This document shows, one piece after another, positions 1 to 13,181 of a DNA stretch of 64,000 bases (position 1 is its first letter; each line of letters starts with the position of its first letter). Both the position numbers and the translations under genes were made by a program. Source of the stretch: Raillietiella orientalis (lineage: Eukaryota); contig JAYWIR010000047.1 of assembly GCA_036172245.1 (NCBI GenBank), forward strand, positions 930,001 to 994,000, read 5' to 3'. The notes under the pieces are model-generated. The model had not been told where the DNA came from and did not search any database. It worked only from the letters and a program-made list of their open reading frames with translations.

Positions 1-2949
1 GGGTGATGGTGGGGGATTTCGGTTCGCCATCTCCATGGCCGGTCAGAGCGCATCGCCTCCGGAGGAATCGTCCCGTATCGGGAGGCGATGCCGTCCGGAG
101 CCCACAAGTTGCACTTCCAGAGAAGGCGACCCACGCCCCCCGTTTGAGGATGTTGCAGCAGCAGAAGAGGAAGGGGAGGGAGGTGAAGGATGATGGAAGG
201 TTTAGGTGCCGAGCCTGTGGTTTGAACGGAAGAACACTTGCAGGTGACCTCCGTCCTGCATCCCCCCCTCTCCTCCTCCCAATTCGTAACATGCGAGCAG
301 AACGCGCATGCTGGATCATGTGAACAGAGACGGCTGTCGTCTCCTGTTCTCTTCTCCATCGCCTGGAGAAGAGAGGGGGAATGGGGATAGGGAAGAGCTG
401 GAGATCGACCCTATTGGAGTTCGTAGGCACCCTCCAAGGAGTGCCGGGAGATGCAGGAAGTCCCGCTGCGCGCTGTGGACTTTAGGCGGGTCGCTCCCGA
501 GTAAGCCGCGTTTGGGTTATCGCAGAGGTCACCTCTGCCCGAGTTCAATGGCCAGGCCTCGCTCCGGAAGAATTGCCTTCCGGAGCGAGGTCAGTTAACC
601 TCGGAGCCAGGTCAAGCACGACCGCAGCAGCCGTTGGTCACGACACATGGACAGCGGGTCGGGTGTATCACGAGGAGCTCGTCAGGATCTCGGGAAGAAG
701 GCACAACCCTTTCTAAAGAGCTTGTAGGAATAAATGCAACAGGACGTGATCACCACATATACATAAATCTATGTATATGTATACAAAATCCGTGCTTGAG
801 CTGATTGTAGAAAGTGTGGATTTATAGACAGTGAAGCACTTAAAACCGGCCGCCGCCTCGGCATGACGTCACAACGCGCGATCAGAATGGAGGGCAACAA
901 TCCACTACTAACGTCGTTGCGGCGACTCTCAGCGTGGGGGCGCGGGGGTGGCGACCGACTCGCGGCTTCGTCTCTTCCCGGAGTCCGCGGGAGACAGCCC
1001 TTTAGGCAACACGTGGCGGGACGGGGTCTGCTTCTCCCGTCGGGTGGGTCGCTGGGTAGGGAAGGCGCGTTCGCTTCGGGCACCACGCTCTCCTACTCGC
1101 GCTCACCCACGCTTGCCCACATGTGGCGACCGGCGAGGGGCGAACTCAAAGATCCCCGATCTGCGGGCCGCCGCTTCGGCATTCCTTCTGGCCGTCCCAA
1201 CTCAAGGAGGACCCTCTTCCGCTATCGCTGTCCCCAGTTTCCTGTTCCCACTTGCCACCCCCGGCTTCTTCTGTCCCCGGTCAAGAGCTTCCGTATGGGT
1301 CCCCCGCGAGATTCTCCACCTCGAGAGTCTCCTCCCACTTCCGAAGGAGGTCGAATACGTGCTCCCGCGACCTCATCCCTGGTAACGATGCTCCCCCATA
1401 CCCTCCCCTTGTCCCCAGGAGGTATCCCTTGTCCCAGAAAGGAGTCCCTCGCCTGTGTTTCCCGATGTCTTCGCGGAGGACCGCCCGCCGATTGCTCTCT
1501 CTGGTGGCGCGGGAAGAGCGGGAGGGCAGAAGTCTTATCGTCGTCATTACTATCATTGTTGTCGTTGCTATTCTCCATTAGCTGGTTGTCATGACGACAA
1601 CGCCGGCCCATCGTCGTCCCATATTCCTCCTCCGCCTACTCCTCTTCATCGCCGTCGCCGTCGCCTGCTCTTTCCCGTGAAGCAGCAGTGCAGGTCGGGG
1701 GTCCACTCGCACCAGAGCTACCCGTGGCCGGATGCTTCACGCCGAGGGCGTTCAAAAGGAACTCCTGCTGCGGGAGATGGGAGCTGGACCGAAAAGGTCA
1801 TCGCGGGCTCCGCCGGGTCCATTGCGCGGAGGAGTTGCTCTTGGAAATTTCCGCCGCCGCAGGGGCTAGGGGGGCAAGCGGTTCCAGCGGGGATCCGGGG
1901 AGCGTCCCGGAGTGGACGGCGTCTGTGAGAGGACGGACAGTCGCTGCTGCTTCCACTGGTCCTGGTGCAAGAAAAGGGAGTTGGCTCCCTCTCCCGGACC
2001 ACTAGTCGGATGCTGGATGCGGACCAGGAGACTTTTTCCGAGCTCTTCCTCCCCTTTCCCCGTCTGGCCATCCGACCTCGCTTTTTTCGCTGCGCATGCA
2101 AAGCGCCGGGACTCACGATGGCTGACGACCATTCGTTGACCAAAGAGAAGTAAGGGGAACTAAAAGAAAAGAGGAGGGTTCCCATGGAGACATGGGCAGC
2201 GGGCGGCCCGAGCTCCCTCGGAAATGCCTTTGAGGCTTTGAGGAGCTGCCTCGTCCAGCATCCGGGAACTCCAACGCCAACGGAAGGGAACTCAGCCGCC
2301 GCGTTTCCGCGGGTTCGCAGAGGACCTCTTCTCCTGGAGCGTGGAGATTCTTGAGTTCCAGGTTCCGCCTCCTTGTCGGAACGTGGCCCTCCCTGCCGGC
2401 CTTGCTGACCCGAAGTGCTAGCCGCCTGCCTGGTACGCTGTGGTTAAAGCAGGGAAGGGAACAGCCGCTCGTCTTATGCGTGTGGACTGGACCCCCTCAT
2501 CCCCCATGCTGCTTGAAGGACTCAGGCGGAGGAGAAGCATCGGAGCAGGCTGCAACCGCGTCGTCCGGCTAAGGGAGACTGCGATAGGAACGGGCAAGCC
2601 TCAGGGGATCCTCGCAGTCGAGTGGCGACACCACATCGGACTCTCGAACGAACGTGTATCTTCACCTTCACGGATGTGGCCGATTCGACCACCGCACTGT
2701 TGCCTGGACACGCCGTCCCCATGCAGCAGCAGCAGTGAGGTGTGTCTCTTTCCGTTCGCACGATGCGAGGGAAATTCGCAAAGCACGCGCCTTTCGGCTG
2801 CACGTGGCTTTCCGATTCCCGATGGCTTTCCGCTCCCGGCAAGCCTGCGTTCCCACTTTCTTTCGCCACAGATCCTGAATGTTTCCTTGGATGCAGCGTG
2901 CCTAAGCAATCTGTTTTCTTCCACGCATCTTGTCGGTGTCAAGGGAGAG

Positions 2950-4050
2950 AGGGGAGGGGGAGACTCGTGCTGAGTCTCACGCAACAAGCAGAGATTGGTT
3001 GCGTTTTTTCTGAGGCGCCAGTGCTCCCCTCTATCAATTAATTCGGAAACCACAGTTTGCGGTGGGGGGCTTCGCTGAGAAAGGGCGTAACCGCAGAGAA
3101 GAAACGACCGATCCATCCGAAAGAAATGAGAGAGACGTGGACTGGATTGAAGACATTGGAGCCTCACGGTAATGCGGGCATGGAGAAACGCGTCGACTTT
3201 CAGGTGAGACGATCCCGAGATCAAAGGAAGATTTTGGGAGAGCATTCTAAGCTGCGAGAAATCTTCGCGCTCCCGTATCAGTTTATCTAAAGCAGAAGAA
3301 TAAACGGTGGACTAGACAGCTGTGCGAGTCGACGCAGCGATTCGTCGTCTCGACTCGCGAACGGAACGGCCTTCTGGATCGATGTTTGCACTTCAAGCAC
3401 CCGTTCTTCCAGAGCGGATCTCATCGAGCTGAATCCAGGCTGGCGTCCGGGCCCAGCTCTGATTCCATTCAGAAACTCCAACGTTTCGTTCCTTTCCTCC
3501 CGGGAGTTCCTCGGCTTCCAAGTCACCAGAATGTATCTTCTTTTTTTTTTTTTGTAGCAAGTTGGTTTGAATACTTGACGTCCTCAACTCCTCACGAAGG
3601 CTCATCATCTGCTCTAGTCCTGAGAATTGAAGAACATCCTTTCCCATGTAAAAAATGACAAGATTTCACTGTAGTCTTGTCGTGTTGGGGAAGAAATGCA
3701 AACCAAAGTCACAGGACTCGGGACTTCCTTTTCAGCAGGCACAATTCGTGCTTCCCTTTCCATGACCTCTTGTGTTCTCCCGTTGAAGGTTTGCAGTGCC
3801 TTTTTTCCCTGATATTTCCTCAGACCGTGGTGAAGATGGGATGATTCTCTTTGTGGTCGTGTGATGGAATGCATGAGTACCCTTGGCCGGAAAACAGTGG
3901 ATCAGGGATCCACAGTCTGGGCTGGGGCTAGTAGGTGCCACTTGGACGAGGAAGACAGTTTTGACATCCATCTATGTAGGAAAAGACATTTAGAGGAACG
4001 AATCTCCAGTTCCCAGCTTCTGATTCTTCTTGATCTTTCATCTCTCACTG
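2950..4050 (-). pseudogene. Endogenous viral element: decayed nairovirus-like nucleocapsid (N) gene, copy A
   Basis: Minus-strand ORF pieces give colinear motifs GKKALQTF, EKEVPSPVTL, QMMSLREEL, GGKERNVGVSEWNQSWAR, LKVDAF and PRLSHFF. These resemble CCHFV N (KKGLEWF, LKVDVPKIEQL, IVMSVKEML, GGDENPRGPVSHEHVDWCR, QIDTAF, PTVSQFLF; recalled). Several frameshifts; boundaries approximate. Confidence 0.6.
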
Positions 4051-4059
4051 CATCATTCC

Positions 4060-5250
4060 AAGACTAAGGACGATCCGTGTAATTGTTGAGTCCCCACTCA
4101 TTCGTGAGATGTCATCCGATGGTGTTGGTCGCTTCTTTTCGAAAGACAGGAGCCGAATTCCGATGCTCTGCGAACGATTTTTCGCGAAATTCGGAAGCAT
4201 CCAGGGGATCATCGCGATCTTTTTTTTCAAGCAGTCTCACGGCATTAAGAGTGGCAAGCTGTTTCGAAGACAAAGGGGGCACCAGCGATGAGAAAGAAAG
4301 GGTGAGAAAGCAAAACGGAACCGGAAAAAAATCTGAAAGAATCAAAAGTGAAATCGAAAAATGCCTCAGAGCAAGAGTTGGCATGGCAACGCGCATCGCA
4401 CATCGTGCAATGCATTGCCTAAGCATGCTTCCGTATTGGGGCTAGCAGAAAAACAGTCGGAACCACAGTCCGCCCTTCTTGCATGGAGAAAAGTGCAGCA
4501 TGTTGCCAGGATAGATTGGGTTACGAACGTCAAGGTCACTTGCAGATGAAGCAAAAGCCGTGCCCTCTCGCTTCAGAGCCCCAGCCAGCAGAACTACGTT
4601 GACTAGGTGCTCGCATCATTCGCAGAAGGCGCCTACATAGATGGAAGAGTCGCATGAACCGGTTAATAGTGCTTTCTCTTGGGACAGCACGGCAAGAACC
4701 GCTTCACACCCCTTGTTCACAGCTGCGTGTTGCCGATTTGGGTCCCATCCCATCACTTTCTCTGCCGTGACCACGTTTGGGTTGTGTGCAAACCACAGAC
4801 TTCGACACCGAACCCTTCCCTCTGTTTCATGGGGACTCGAGCAAAGGTTCGCTGCCGGACTTGCGCCCGCCGGTGCTGTGTTGGTGCGGACCTGCGCTGT
4901 TAGATCAAGCGATAGCACAAACCTGAAGTGCTGCGGGCGAGGGGAGGAAAATGCCGCAGCATTTGCTCAGGAAACCAAGAGGTTTCTTCTTTTCCTTCTC
5001 CCCGACCAGCCCAACTGGAAATGCAATCGTAGGGATGACTGTGGATATCGGAAGAACGAGGATGTGAAGCTTTCCCAATTTTCAAAGAGTAAGTTAGATG
5101 TTACAAGAGGAGGAAGTTCTCGCGATTTGCTATTGCCAAAGATAGATGTGTCGAAGCCATGGCTTTTTTGCAGGACAGGAGGATCTGGAATCACTAGGAC
5201 GACCGCACATTCCAGAATCACGTTGGAAACAACTCCCCGTCGGGAAGTAA
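4060..5250 (-). pseudogene. Endogenous viral element: decayed nairovirus-like N gene, copy B
   Basis: Colinear pieces QKSHGFDTSIFGNSKS, FQLGWSGRR, KEETSWFPEQ, QSILATCCTFL, ILSDFF and KKKIAMIPW versus nairovirus N KKGNGLVDTFTNSYS, AWVSSTG, KKGLEWFEKN, IALVATGLAKL, VSQFLF and KKALLSTPMKW. Confidence 0.5.
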
Positions 5251-5974
5251 CTTTAAGTAGGACAGCAGTCTGAACTGCTTCCCCTTAAAATGGAGAAGCC
5301 TGCATCCCCCGTGAGCTGCAGAGAGTAACACGTAACACTCCAACTCGAAACCAAAGTGAGTTGTTGCGATCACTGGCGAGTCATTACGTCACCCTTTAAA
5401 TCAAACGCAACCTTATTCCACCCAGTGCGATTCAGCTTCCATGAAAAATGCTACACATGGAAATCAAAAACCATCAACTGCTCTCCTTGTTATCCTTTTC
5501 GCTGGTTGCCAGTGGTTTTGGGGATGAAATTCTCATTGCAATCTCCCTGACGCTTAATTGGAAAACATGTATAACGTGAACATGTACAAAGTTCTCTACA
5601 CATTAATCACAATCCCAAATCGAAACTTATAACCACATTTCTTGCTGTGATGGAATCACAGAGGTCATACAGGATCCCACTTAATCAAATAATCACTGAC
5701 CAACTAAATTGATTCATGGAACATAATAAACATCAACATCTTTTCAGATTGAACATTTACACACAGTTCCGTACACAAACAATGACAACTTCCAACTGAC
5801 TCCCTCTTGCATTCCTCCAACCACTGAGAACTCGGGCTACCGGTCTCGTGGAGGATGGACAACGGAAGTAGTAGGGAAGGGAGAGGAGGTCAGACTGATT
5901 ATGGGGGTGCCTCGCCAAGGGAGCTCACTCTGAAGGCGGTCTTCGTCAAGTGGATGACTCTTCAGACCAATAGA

Positions 5975-6950
5975 TCAATGATAATGAGATCCTGGTTCAG
6001 GTGATTCTCGTGGAAGAAGCTGAGGAAGCATGAAAAATTCATTAAAGGGTCGAGTAAAAAGGAGAGAAGGTTGATCCTGCCTTGGACCCCTAGGAGGGGA
6101 GTACGCACGTAGAATCAGCATAGAAGAATCTGTAGTTCTTGATTCAACAGAAAGACACGTGCGGTTCTGTTTCCCATTCGCTGTGTTTCCTTCGGCTGAG
6201 AGGAAGACCACGTTCATCAGAGTGAAGGAAGAAGCTATCATCCCAGAGATTTTTGCAACTCGCGGGTCCTGTAGCTGGATGAGTTTAAGGAGAGTGATGA
6301 ACTTGTAGGATGTTTCCAAGAGTGCTGGCTCAGATTCTGAAGACGTTCGAGAGTCTTTTCCAGTATTGGAAGGCTTTCGTGAAGACATGGAGTTTCCGAT
6401 GTGAAAGGCGGGAGCTTCGTTCCGCCTTGCATGCCGAAGTGCTCTCTTTTCAGCGTACGCTTTGCACGTCGGCGCCTGAAGGTCATGCGTATGAGCAGCC
6501 TGTAATAGGGGTGGAAGGATGGCACCCTGCGCAAGGATTAGACCAACTCGGTCCTTCCTCAACGGAGGGAGACAGTAGATTCCTCCCACATGCGCCAGTT
6601 GCAAACTATCAAAACAGTGAGATGGGTGGATTGGTTAGTTTTGGTCACGCTAAATAGCTGGTAGGAACTTGGACAAGGATGAGAAGATAAAGGAAGAAAA
6701 AGAAGGGTAGGATTTTACACAAAAGAAGGACCCTGATTTTTGGTTTCCTGTTTGAACTTTGGTTGAGGAGGAACAAAATGAACCTTAAAAGTATGAATTA
6801 ATATAAATGCATATGAAGGCTGCGAACGGTAGGTTTTGGATGGCCGGCAGGGAAGCAGAAATTATGGGTGATTCCTTCAAACGGAAATAAAGGTTTTGCC
6901 TCTGTTATGGGTACCACAAAGATCGACAACTTCGATATCCTGATTGCTTC
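5975..6950 (-). mobile_element. Non-LTR retrotransposon ORF1 (gag-like, zinc knuckles) relic
   Basis: Degenerate CCHC knuckles in and just upstream of ORF 5975..6604: HCFDSLQLAHVGGIYC and LQAAHTHDLQAPTCKAY. Confidence 0.5.
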
Positions 6951-7049
6951 CAGCTAGATCGTACAAACTTTGACCGGAGTTTCACTTCATATTCCGTGAT
7001 TATCCCGCAAGTATTTGCTATGGGGAGGTTTTATCCTTGTCAAGGGGGG

Positions 7050-7850
7050 TGCTGAATTTCTCTCTTATGCTATGAGCGGTCACACGCATTCACATGTGTA
7101 TAGTACAGTCTCCGTCTGCACGTGGTGCAGCATCCTTTCTCATGTTGAAGTCTGAGTTCCATATGTGTCCAGTTATCATCAATGCAGTTCGAACTGTCGG
7201 AATTGCTTCGAGTTGGACCACCACGAAAGCATCCCACGAAGAAAAGTGTTCTGATGGACTCGAGGGGTGGCGAATTTTTTGTGTGTCAATGTTCAGCGTT
7301 CCCTTCCGGAACGATCCCCAAACTTTCTCAACATCGTGTGTTGGCCACAACACGTGCACCGCTCCCTCCTGTGGTCTCTTGCACCTCAGTGAGAGACACA
7401 AGGTCACCCATTTGTCGTCCTCAGCTAGAGAGGCTCACATAGAATAAAGCACAGACAGCACTGAGGACCTCCTCTTCGCCCCTTCGCGACGAGAATCCAT
7501 GAGAATCCACGACGCTTGTACGGAGAAAGGCTCAGCTTATTGGTGCCAACCTTGGTCCTCTCCCTGGAAGATATGGGATTCGCGAGGATGGTCTCTAGAT
7601 TCCCGATTCACCCTCCGTGAGCCGGTACCTCGTCGGCCCGTGAGTTCCAAACTGAGGGAAATTCCAGTGACTGATTAGCTTGGAGGGAGTCTGGAGCAGT
7701 CGAAGTTGTGGATAGGGCAGCGCAGCCTCTCGTCTTTTTTTTTTTCTTAAATCTCCGCATTCCCACTTTTTTTTTTTTTTTTTTAAAGGCGTTCCAGCTT
7801 CTTCCCACTCCTCTCGAGAGAGAGACACTTCGGAAGAAGTGGTTCTCCAC
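7050..7850 (-). mobile_element. L1/Tx1-like LINE ORF2 3' fragment
   Basis: Post-RT SWNAFKK..G.G..DL..R.AAL motif, then the C-terminal zinc finger LRCKRPQEGAVHVLW...VEKVW. Confidence 0.65.
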
Positions 7851-9100
7851 GTTGCTTCAGCTCTCGGGATACCCACAGGGGCGCTCTAGGAAAGATGAGA
7901 GAGATGTAGCTAGGAAGGGCTCAACTTTATCGTCTCGACTCCCGTCGGACTTCGTTTCTTCCAGTGTCATATCCCTGAGCTCTGCCATACCCGTTTTGTG
8001 GACTCGGATACTCACTGTTGTGCTGCTCGCGCTCAACAGTCCACTGGTGCACAAAAGATGGAACAACTTTGCTTGAGAGGGCGTCCAGGCAACAGTGGCA
8101 GTCCAACGCTGTCAAGCTGGAACGCCTTTAAAAAAAAAAAGGGGGGGGGGGGATTAGGAGATTTTTCCATAGTGAAGATACCCGGCGGCGTTTGTCAAGC
8201 ATATCCTACCCCTGTCGAGAGTTTCACCACTGGGCCTCGAAGCCTGGAGGTCTCGGCCGAGCAACCTAGACCGTGAAAACAAAAGGTGCCCTTCTTCGAG
8301 GTGGGACTCATAGAAAGGTCACTTTCCTCTGGTAAACAGGTTCATTGAGGCATCCACAGTGTCGAATGGCTGGAGTCACAAACCAGACCTTCCATTTCGT
8401 TTATGCAGGAGGGATTCCTGCTAAATTTTCTTAGACTTCTTCGAAGAGGGATCTGAGCACTGAAGACATCCCCGTTCGTCGGGGCCTCTCGTGGAGGAGG
8501 CGAATGTTTCCGTTCTCCTAGCTCCATGGGTCCATAAAAACTTGCTATGTTTCACTGTTGGTGCTGTGCCCTCTATATCCTGTCGTTACTTCGGGGAACG
8601 CTGTGTCCCGTAAGAATAGCTTCCATTGCTCTCTTCTTCTTACATCCTACTCACGCAAAGACCGCAAAATTTTGTACAGATTTCACTCACGGTGGAAACT
8701 CCGCCCTATCTTCGCTCCTCTCGGGAATCCGATGAGGAACGGAACCAATCTTACCGATGTTCAGAGAGTGAGGACGGGATCTGGTCACAGTACCTTGGAA
8801 AACAAGTTGGGCTATAGACGTGCTTCTGTACCAAGAGGCAAGGACACTGAACGATGCTCCCACAAACTTCTCAGAGTTCCGCTGGTGCTGCAAGTGAAAA
8901 ATCTCGATCTCCGGAGATCTCACAAGCATCAACACCTGTAGTCCTCAGCTGAAAACGAATGTGCTTCCACTAGCTCATGACACACACGGAAACGGAAGGC
9001 TTTCAGGAACCAATGAAATAAGAAATGATTGATCTGTATAACAATTGAGATGGTGAAGGAAATGTGAAATTCGAAAAAGGGGTTCTCACAGCTTCGATCA
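7850..9100 (+). mobile_element. L1/Tx1-like LINE ORF2 3' fragment
   Basis: ALGIP (YLG-like motif), SWNAFKKKKGGGGLG (W..L.K..GGLG), KILYRFH and a degenerate zinc finger YRCSESED; frameshifted. Confidence 0.6.
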
Positions 9101-10112
9101 CACACGCTCGGTTTTCTGAAGTGATTCTTGCTTAAGAATTTCTGCAATGCTGATTACACGCACAGGACGTTGAATAGAGATAGCAGAGGTGATCTTTAGT
9201 TTGAAATTTTTTGCAGTTGAACTTTATATCTGTGCTTTTGAAATTTCCTCAAACGCAATCTAAGGCTGGAGGGATGTCAGATATGTATTTTATGAATAGG
9301 CACTCCTTAGCTGGATAAGGGAGTCGAACGTGTAACTATCAGAAACAAAACGAAACGTTCTTCTTATTCCCCACTTCCATATTTCCATTCGTGAACAGCA
9401 GCACAATGTTTTTCACCATTGTCCTCCCATCCATGAGAAGCTCTCAGCAGCTCCCGGGGTGACCTCAGTTCTCTTTGCCGTTGGGCGTCGTCGTCGGCCG
9501 TTCCCGGCGCCGCGCTTTTCTTCCGGAGCGGCGTGGACAGGAGCGTGCCGTCGACACGGCAGTGTCTCCTTTCGTAAGGAAAAAAAGGAACAAGAAGATA
9601 TCAAGTGACTGGAAACAGGATCAGTGCAGGATCACTCAGGGTCGAGTCAGGTTGCCATCGAGGACCCGACTGACGTGGGGTCGCTGCTTTGCTGTCGGGC
9701 ACTTTCTCCTGGGGAACTGCCGGACCGATGATAAGGGGAGGGAAGTTGTGTTGGGTTTTTGGAAATGATTGAAGAAATCGGCATGAAGCTATGAGATAAG
9801 CTATTAACAGATTACTGGGAGCTCACGATGGGAGTATTTGCTTCAAAATTATTAGTTACCATCGTGGTTATATTGGCATTGTAACGTATAAGATTGCAAC
9901 TACATGAAGCATGCAGCTGCATTAATAGTTTAATTGTGTGTGTGTGTTTGCTGTTGTTATTCAATGGTTGATGTAATAGGCAATTTCTGTCGAATTAAAT
10001 TTCAGCTATACTGAGGATGAGTTGATAATTGAAATCCGGAATTATTATTGGCTTGATTAATGAAAACTTGCAAATTATTTTGAAGTCAAGTTTCATAATT
10101 AAAATAAATTGC

Positions 10113-13100
10113 ATGGACGTGGATCCATTATGCATTTTGTTGGTGAAAGCAGATTCAAAAGGTGATCATCTGTTGTACAGATACCCAGACAATAAGGATT
10201 TAATTGAAGAGAAATGCAAAGAAGGTGTAGTTCCTGTTCTTTGACATTATTTACCAATATCATTAATGATATAGTAGTAATTTTAATAGTAATTTCTATA
10301 CATTAGCACAATTTCTAATGCCATTTTCTTGAGGATGCATGAATTGAGTTCATATCATTGTACGCTGCACCCTTCTGATAATGGTACATGAAATTTCATG
10401 TTAATTCAGATATAAGAAAATATGCAAGCATGTTGTACAATTTTTAATTTTATCATTTGTTAATTTTCTAGGATCCCATAGTACATCCATAATGAATGCA
10501 TGTTCAAATTATTTATATATTTTTTATATATTAGCTGAAGGCATGTGCAGCTTCTGTAACCAGAAGCCACCTTTCTGGTGTAAATAACTGTATTTTAAAA
10601 AGCCAAAGTAAAAGCTAAAAAAAAAGATTAGAATTTAGTGAAATGATGTCAGCCACAAATGAATCAATCCAGTACTAATTGGTTGGTGTCTTAGAATGCA
10701 TAATTAAGAGGGTTCATGTAATGTGTTTACCAAAATTTAGCTTGTCAAGCCTCATGCACTTTGAACGTGTAGGTGTTCCACTCAGAAATGCTGTCTTAAT
10801 TAGCTGAAGTAGAACCCTTATTTGGAGTTCTCAAGCTTCCGTTGCTATGGAACGGAAGTTTTAATTTGTAACTTTCCATTATCATATAGCAGATACTTTG
10901 TTGTAGAGCGTTTCAACAGCAACTCGCCATAATGAATTCTCCATGATTTTATGTTAATGTTTTGCTGATTGGAAACTAACATTGACTTGTTGACCATGTT
11001 GTTCAGATATGTGTGCCACAAAAAAAAACTTTTTTTGGTACTTAATTCAAATATGATGGAGGATTTCAATTATTTTGTCAAATTATTTGCTGAACAAACA
11101 GGAAAGCCATAATAGAGGATTTGCATGATATATATAATTCAGTAGTGTTTTATACTTAACTTGTGAGACATATGTTGCATTTTCATTACAGAATGTACTC
11201 TTTTGTTTAGTACCTTGATTCCTGCATGAATTCTTGACTTTGTGTGCTTATTCTTCTCTTTGCTCATCTCTTGTTCTGTCAACTGTATAATAAGGGATAT
11301 TACACTTGTTTTTTGGCTGGTGACTCCAATGTGCTGTTGAATTCGCAAAAACCACTCTGGTTATTAGTTCTAGGTAAGATTAATGCAATTGCATGATTTG
11401 GCAAAGGATGCATTGAGCTTCTCATATAGGGTATTCTTATCTCTTTTTCTAGTTGCAAGTTAATACAGTTCATGCATTGTACTGCTACTTATGTAAGGAG
11501 GGAGCTTTATTTGAGACTGAATCATATTTTCAATTATCCTATGAATTTAGTGAATTACTTTTTGTTTGTTTGATTCTAGGCAACCCATATATGCTGAATG
11601 CAGAAGCTGGTCATTCCAGCAAAAAACACTCTAAATTTTCTTTAATATGTGATAATCATTTGACAGGATTTCGGGATGAAGTGAGTTTTTTTTTTTTTTT
11701 TTAAATTGATGTCATCTGATTACATTATCAGGAACTTTCATCACTTTTTGCAGTGAGTGATGAAAGGCTTTGTGGCAAACAACTGGAAGTGAAAATTAAT
11801 GATGTTCGTTTTGTTGGATATCCAGTTGCCATAACACCACCAAACGCCTCCCATACTGAAGGAGTTTTTTTTTTCAACATAGTATTTGCAGTGAAGGTAG
11901 TGGTAGAAAACAACATCAACAGATAAACCTAGGCTTGTGCTACTGTATCTGTGGTAGAATGCTACCATTCTCTGTGTCAGCAAATAGCTCTTGCATTACA
12001 TCATGAAGAGTTTCGTTGCTGCTATCTTACCCAGCAGTCTAATCACATGCTATCTGCTTTGGAAGAAGTGGCAGGTGGAGCCCAAATTGCTCCTTATGAA
12101 TTGGTGGCTCAGCGTAGTTCTTTGGCTCGCTTATTGCGACAGTTATTCCAGGAGTGAGTAGGTGCAACAAGACATTTAATAATATGAAAGGGGAAGATTG
12201 TGTTGCAGCGGTCGTGTAATGGTCTATGTGAATGGATGGGTGCTGTTGACATTTTGTCTTCCTCAGAAGGCTCATTGGCTTGCACGTGGAGGCCTGTTTA
12301 TTGAGGCTAATGTTCTGTGCAAAGCTCTAAGTTCTCTCAAACCATACCATGGTGTGCTGCTCCTCAGTGATCCTCGACAATTTTTGGATACGTTTTCCCC
12401 TGATATTTCCCCCAGTATGTCTCAACTTTTAAATGTTTTAACTCCAGATCGCCCATTACTTGAACTCAGTGCTGATGCTGACCTTGAACCACGTATTGTA
12501 TGGCATTTTGTCAGTCAGCTTACCTACTGGGCATATGCAATTCCTATTTATCCACTCTGTGATACAAATGTTTATTTGTTGGCACCTTCAGCTCCTGTGC
12601 AACCACTTGCAAAATCCTTTCATCAAGCTTTCCCAGCTCTGGATTGGCCCACCATCCTATCTCAATTTTCAGTGCCTTTTTCTTTAAGCCACATTCTTTT
12701 GCCTAGTCAGAAGGTTAGATCGTTGAGCATCTTTTTCATCTGTGTAAGTATCTCCTTCTAGTTTCAGTATATGCAAGTGATAATCTGGATGTTGCGTCAC
12801 CAACTACTGCAACAGCTCCATTTGTATGTGTACCTGATAGTTGAAGAAAATACCAATCTGGATTTGAATGATGCTCCAACTCCAGAAGCTATTCCTCTTC
12901 CTGGACTTACTCCTGCTGAATGCCATGCTGTCAGAAGTGTGCCTGCTGCTCATTGCCACGATGATTTGAAATTATTTTCCAGGTATTTTCAGAAGACACT
13001 TTTTGCTAATGCATAGATTAGATTATGCCCCTATTTCCGTGGTCACCATCATATTGAGGAAATGATGTATCAAGAAAATTTGCGTCGTACTCATATCCTT

Positions 13101-13181
13101 TCACTTCTGGATAAATTTAAAGATGTATTGGTTCTTTGTGAACATGAAGATCCATCGTTAAGTCCTCTCTATGGCCGATGA
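10113..13181 (+). CDS. NPRL3: GATOR1 complex subunit NPRL3 (7 coding exons)
   Basis: Spliced translation MDVDPLCILLVKADSKGDHLLYRYP...LCGKQLEVKINDVRFVGYP...ALHHEEFRCCYL...LKPYHGVLLL...IYPLCDTNVYLLAP...RLCPYFRGHHHIEEMMYQENLRR. Phase-consistent GT-AG introns (e.g. 11897-11932, 12154-12196); stop TGA 13179-13181. Confidence 0.95.

Noticed and set aside
4641..5273. 210-aa plus-strand ORF as a gene
   Set aside because: No motif; the opposite strand carries the N-like signal.
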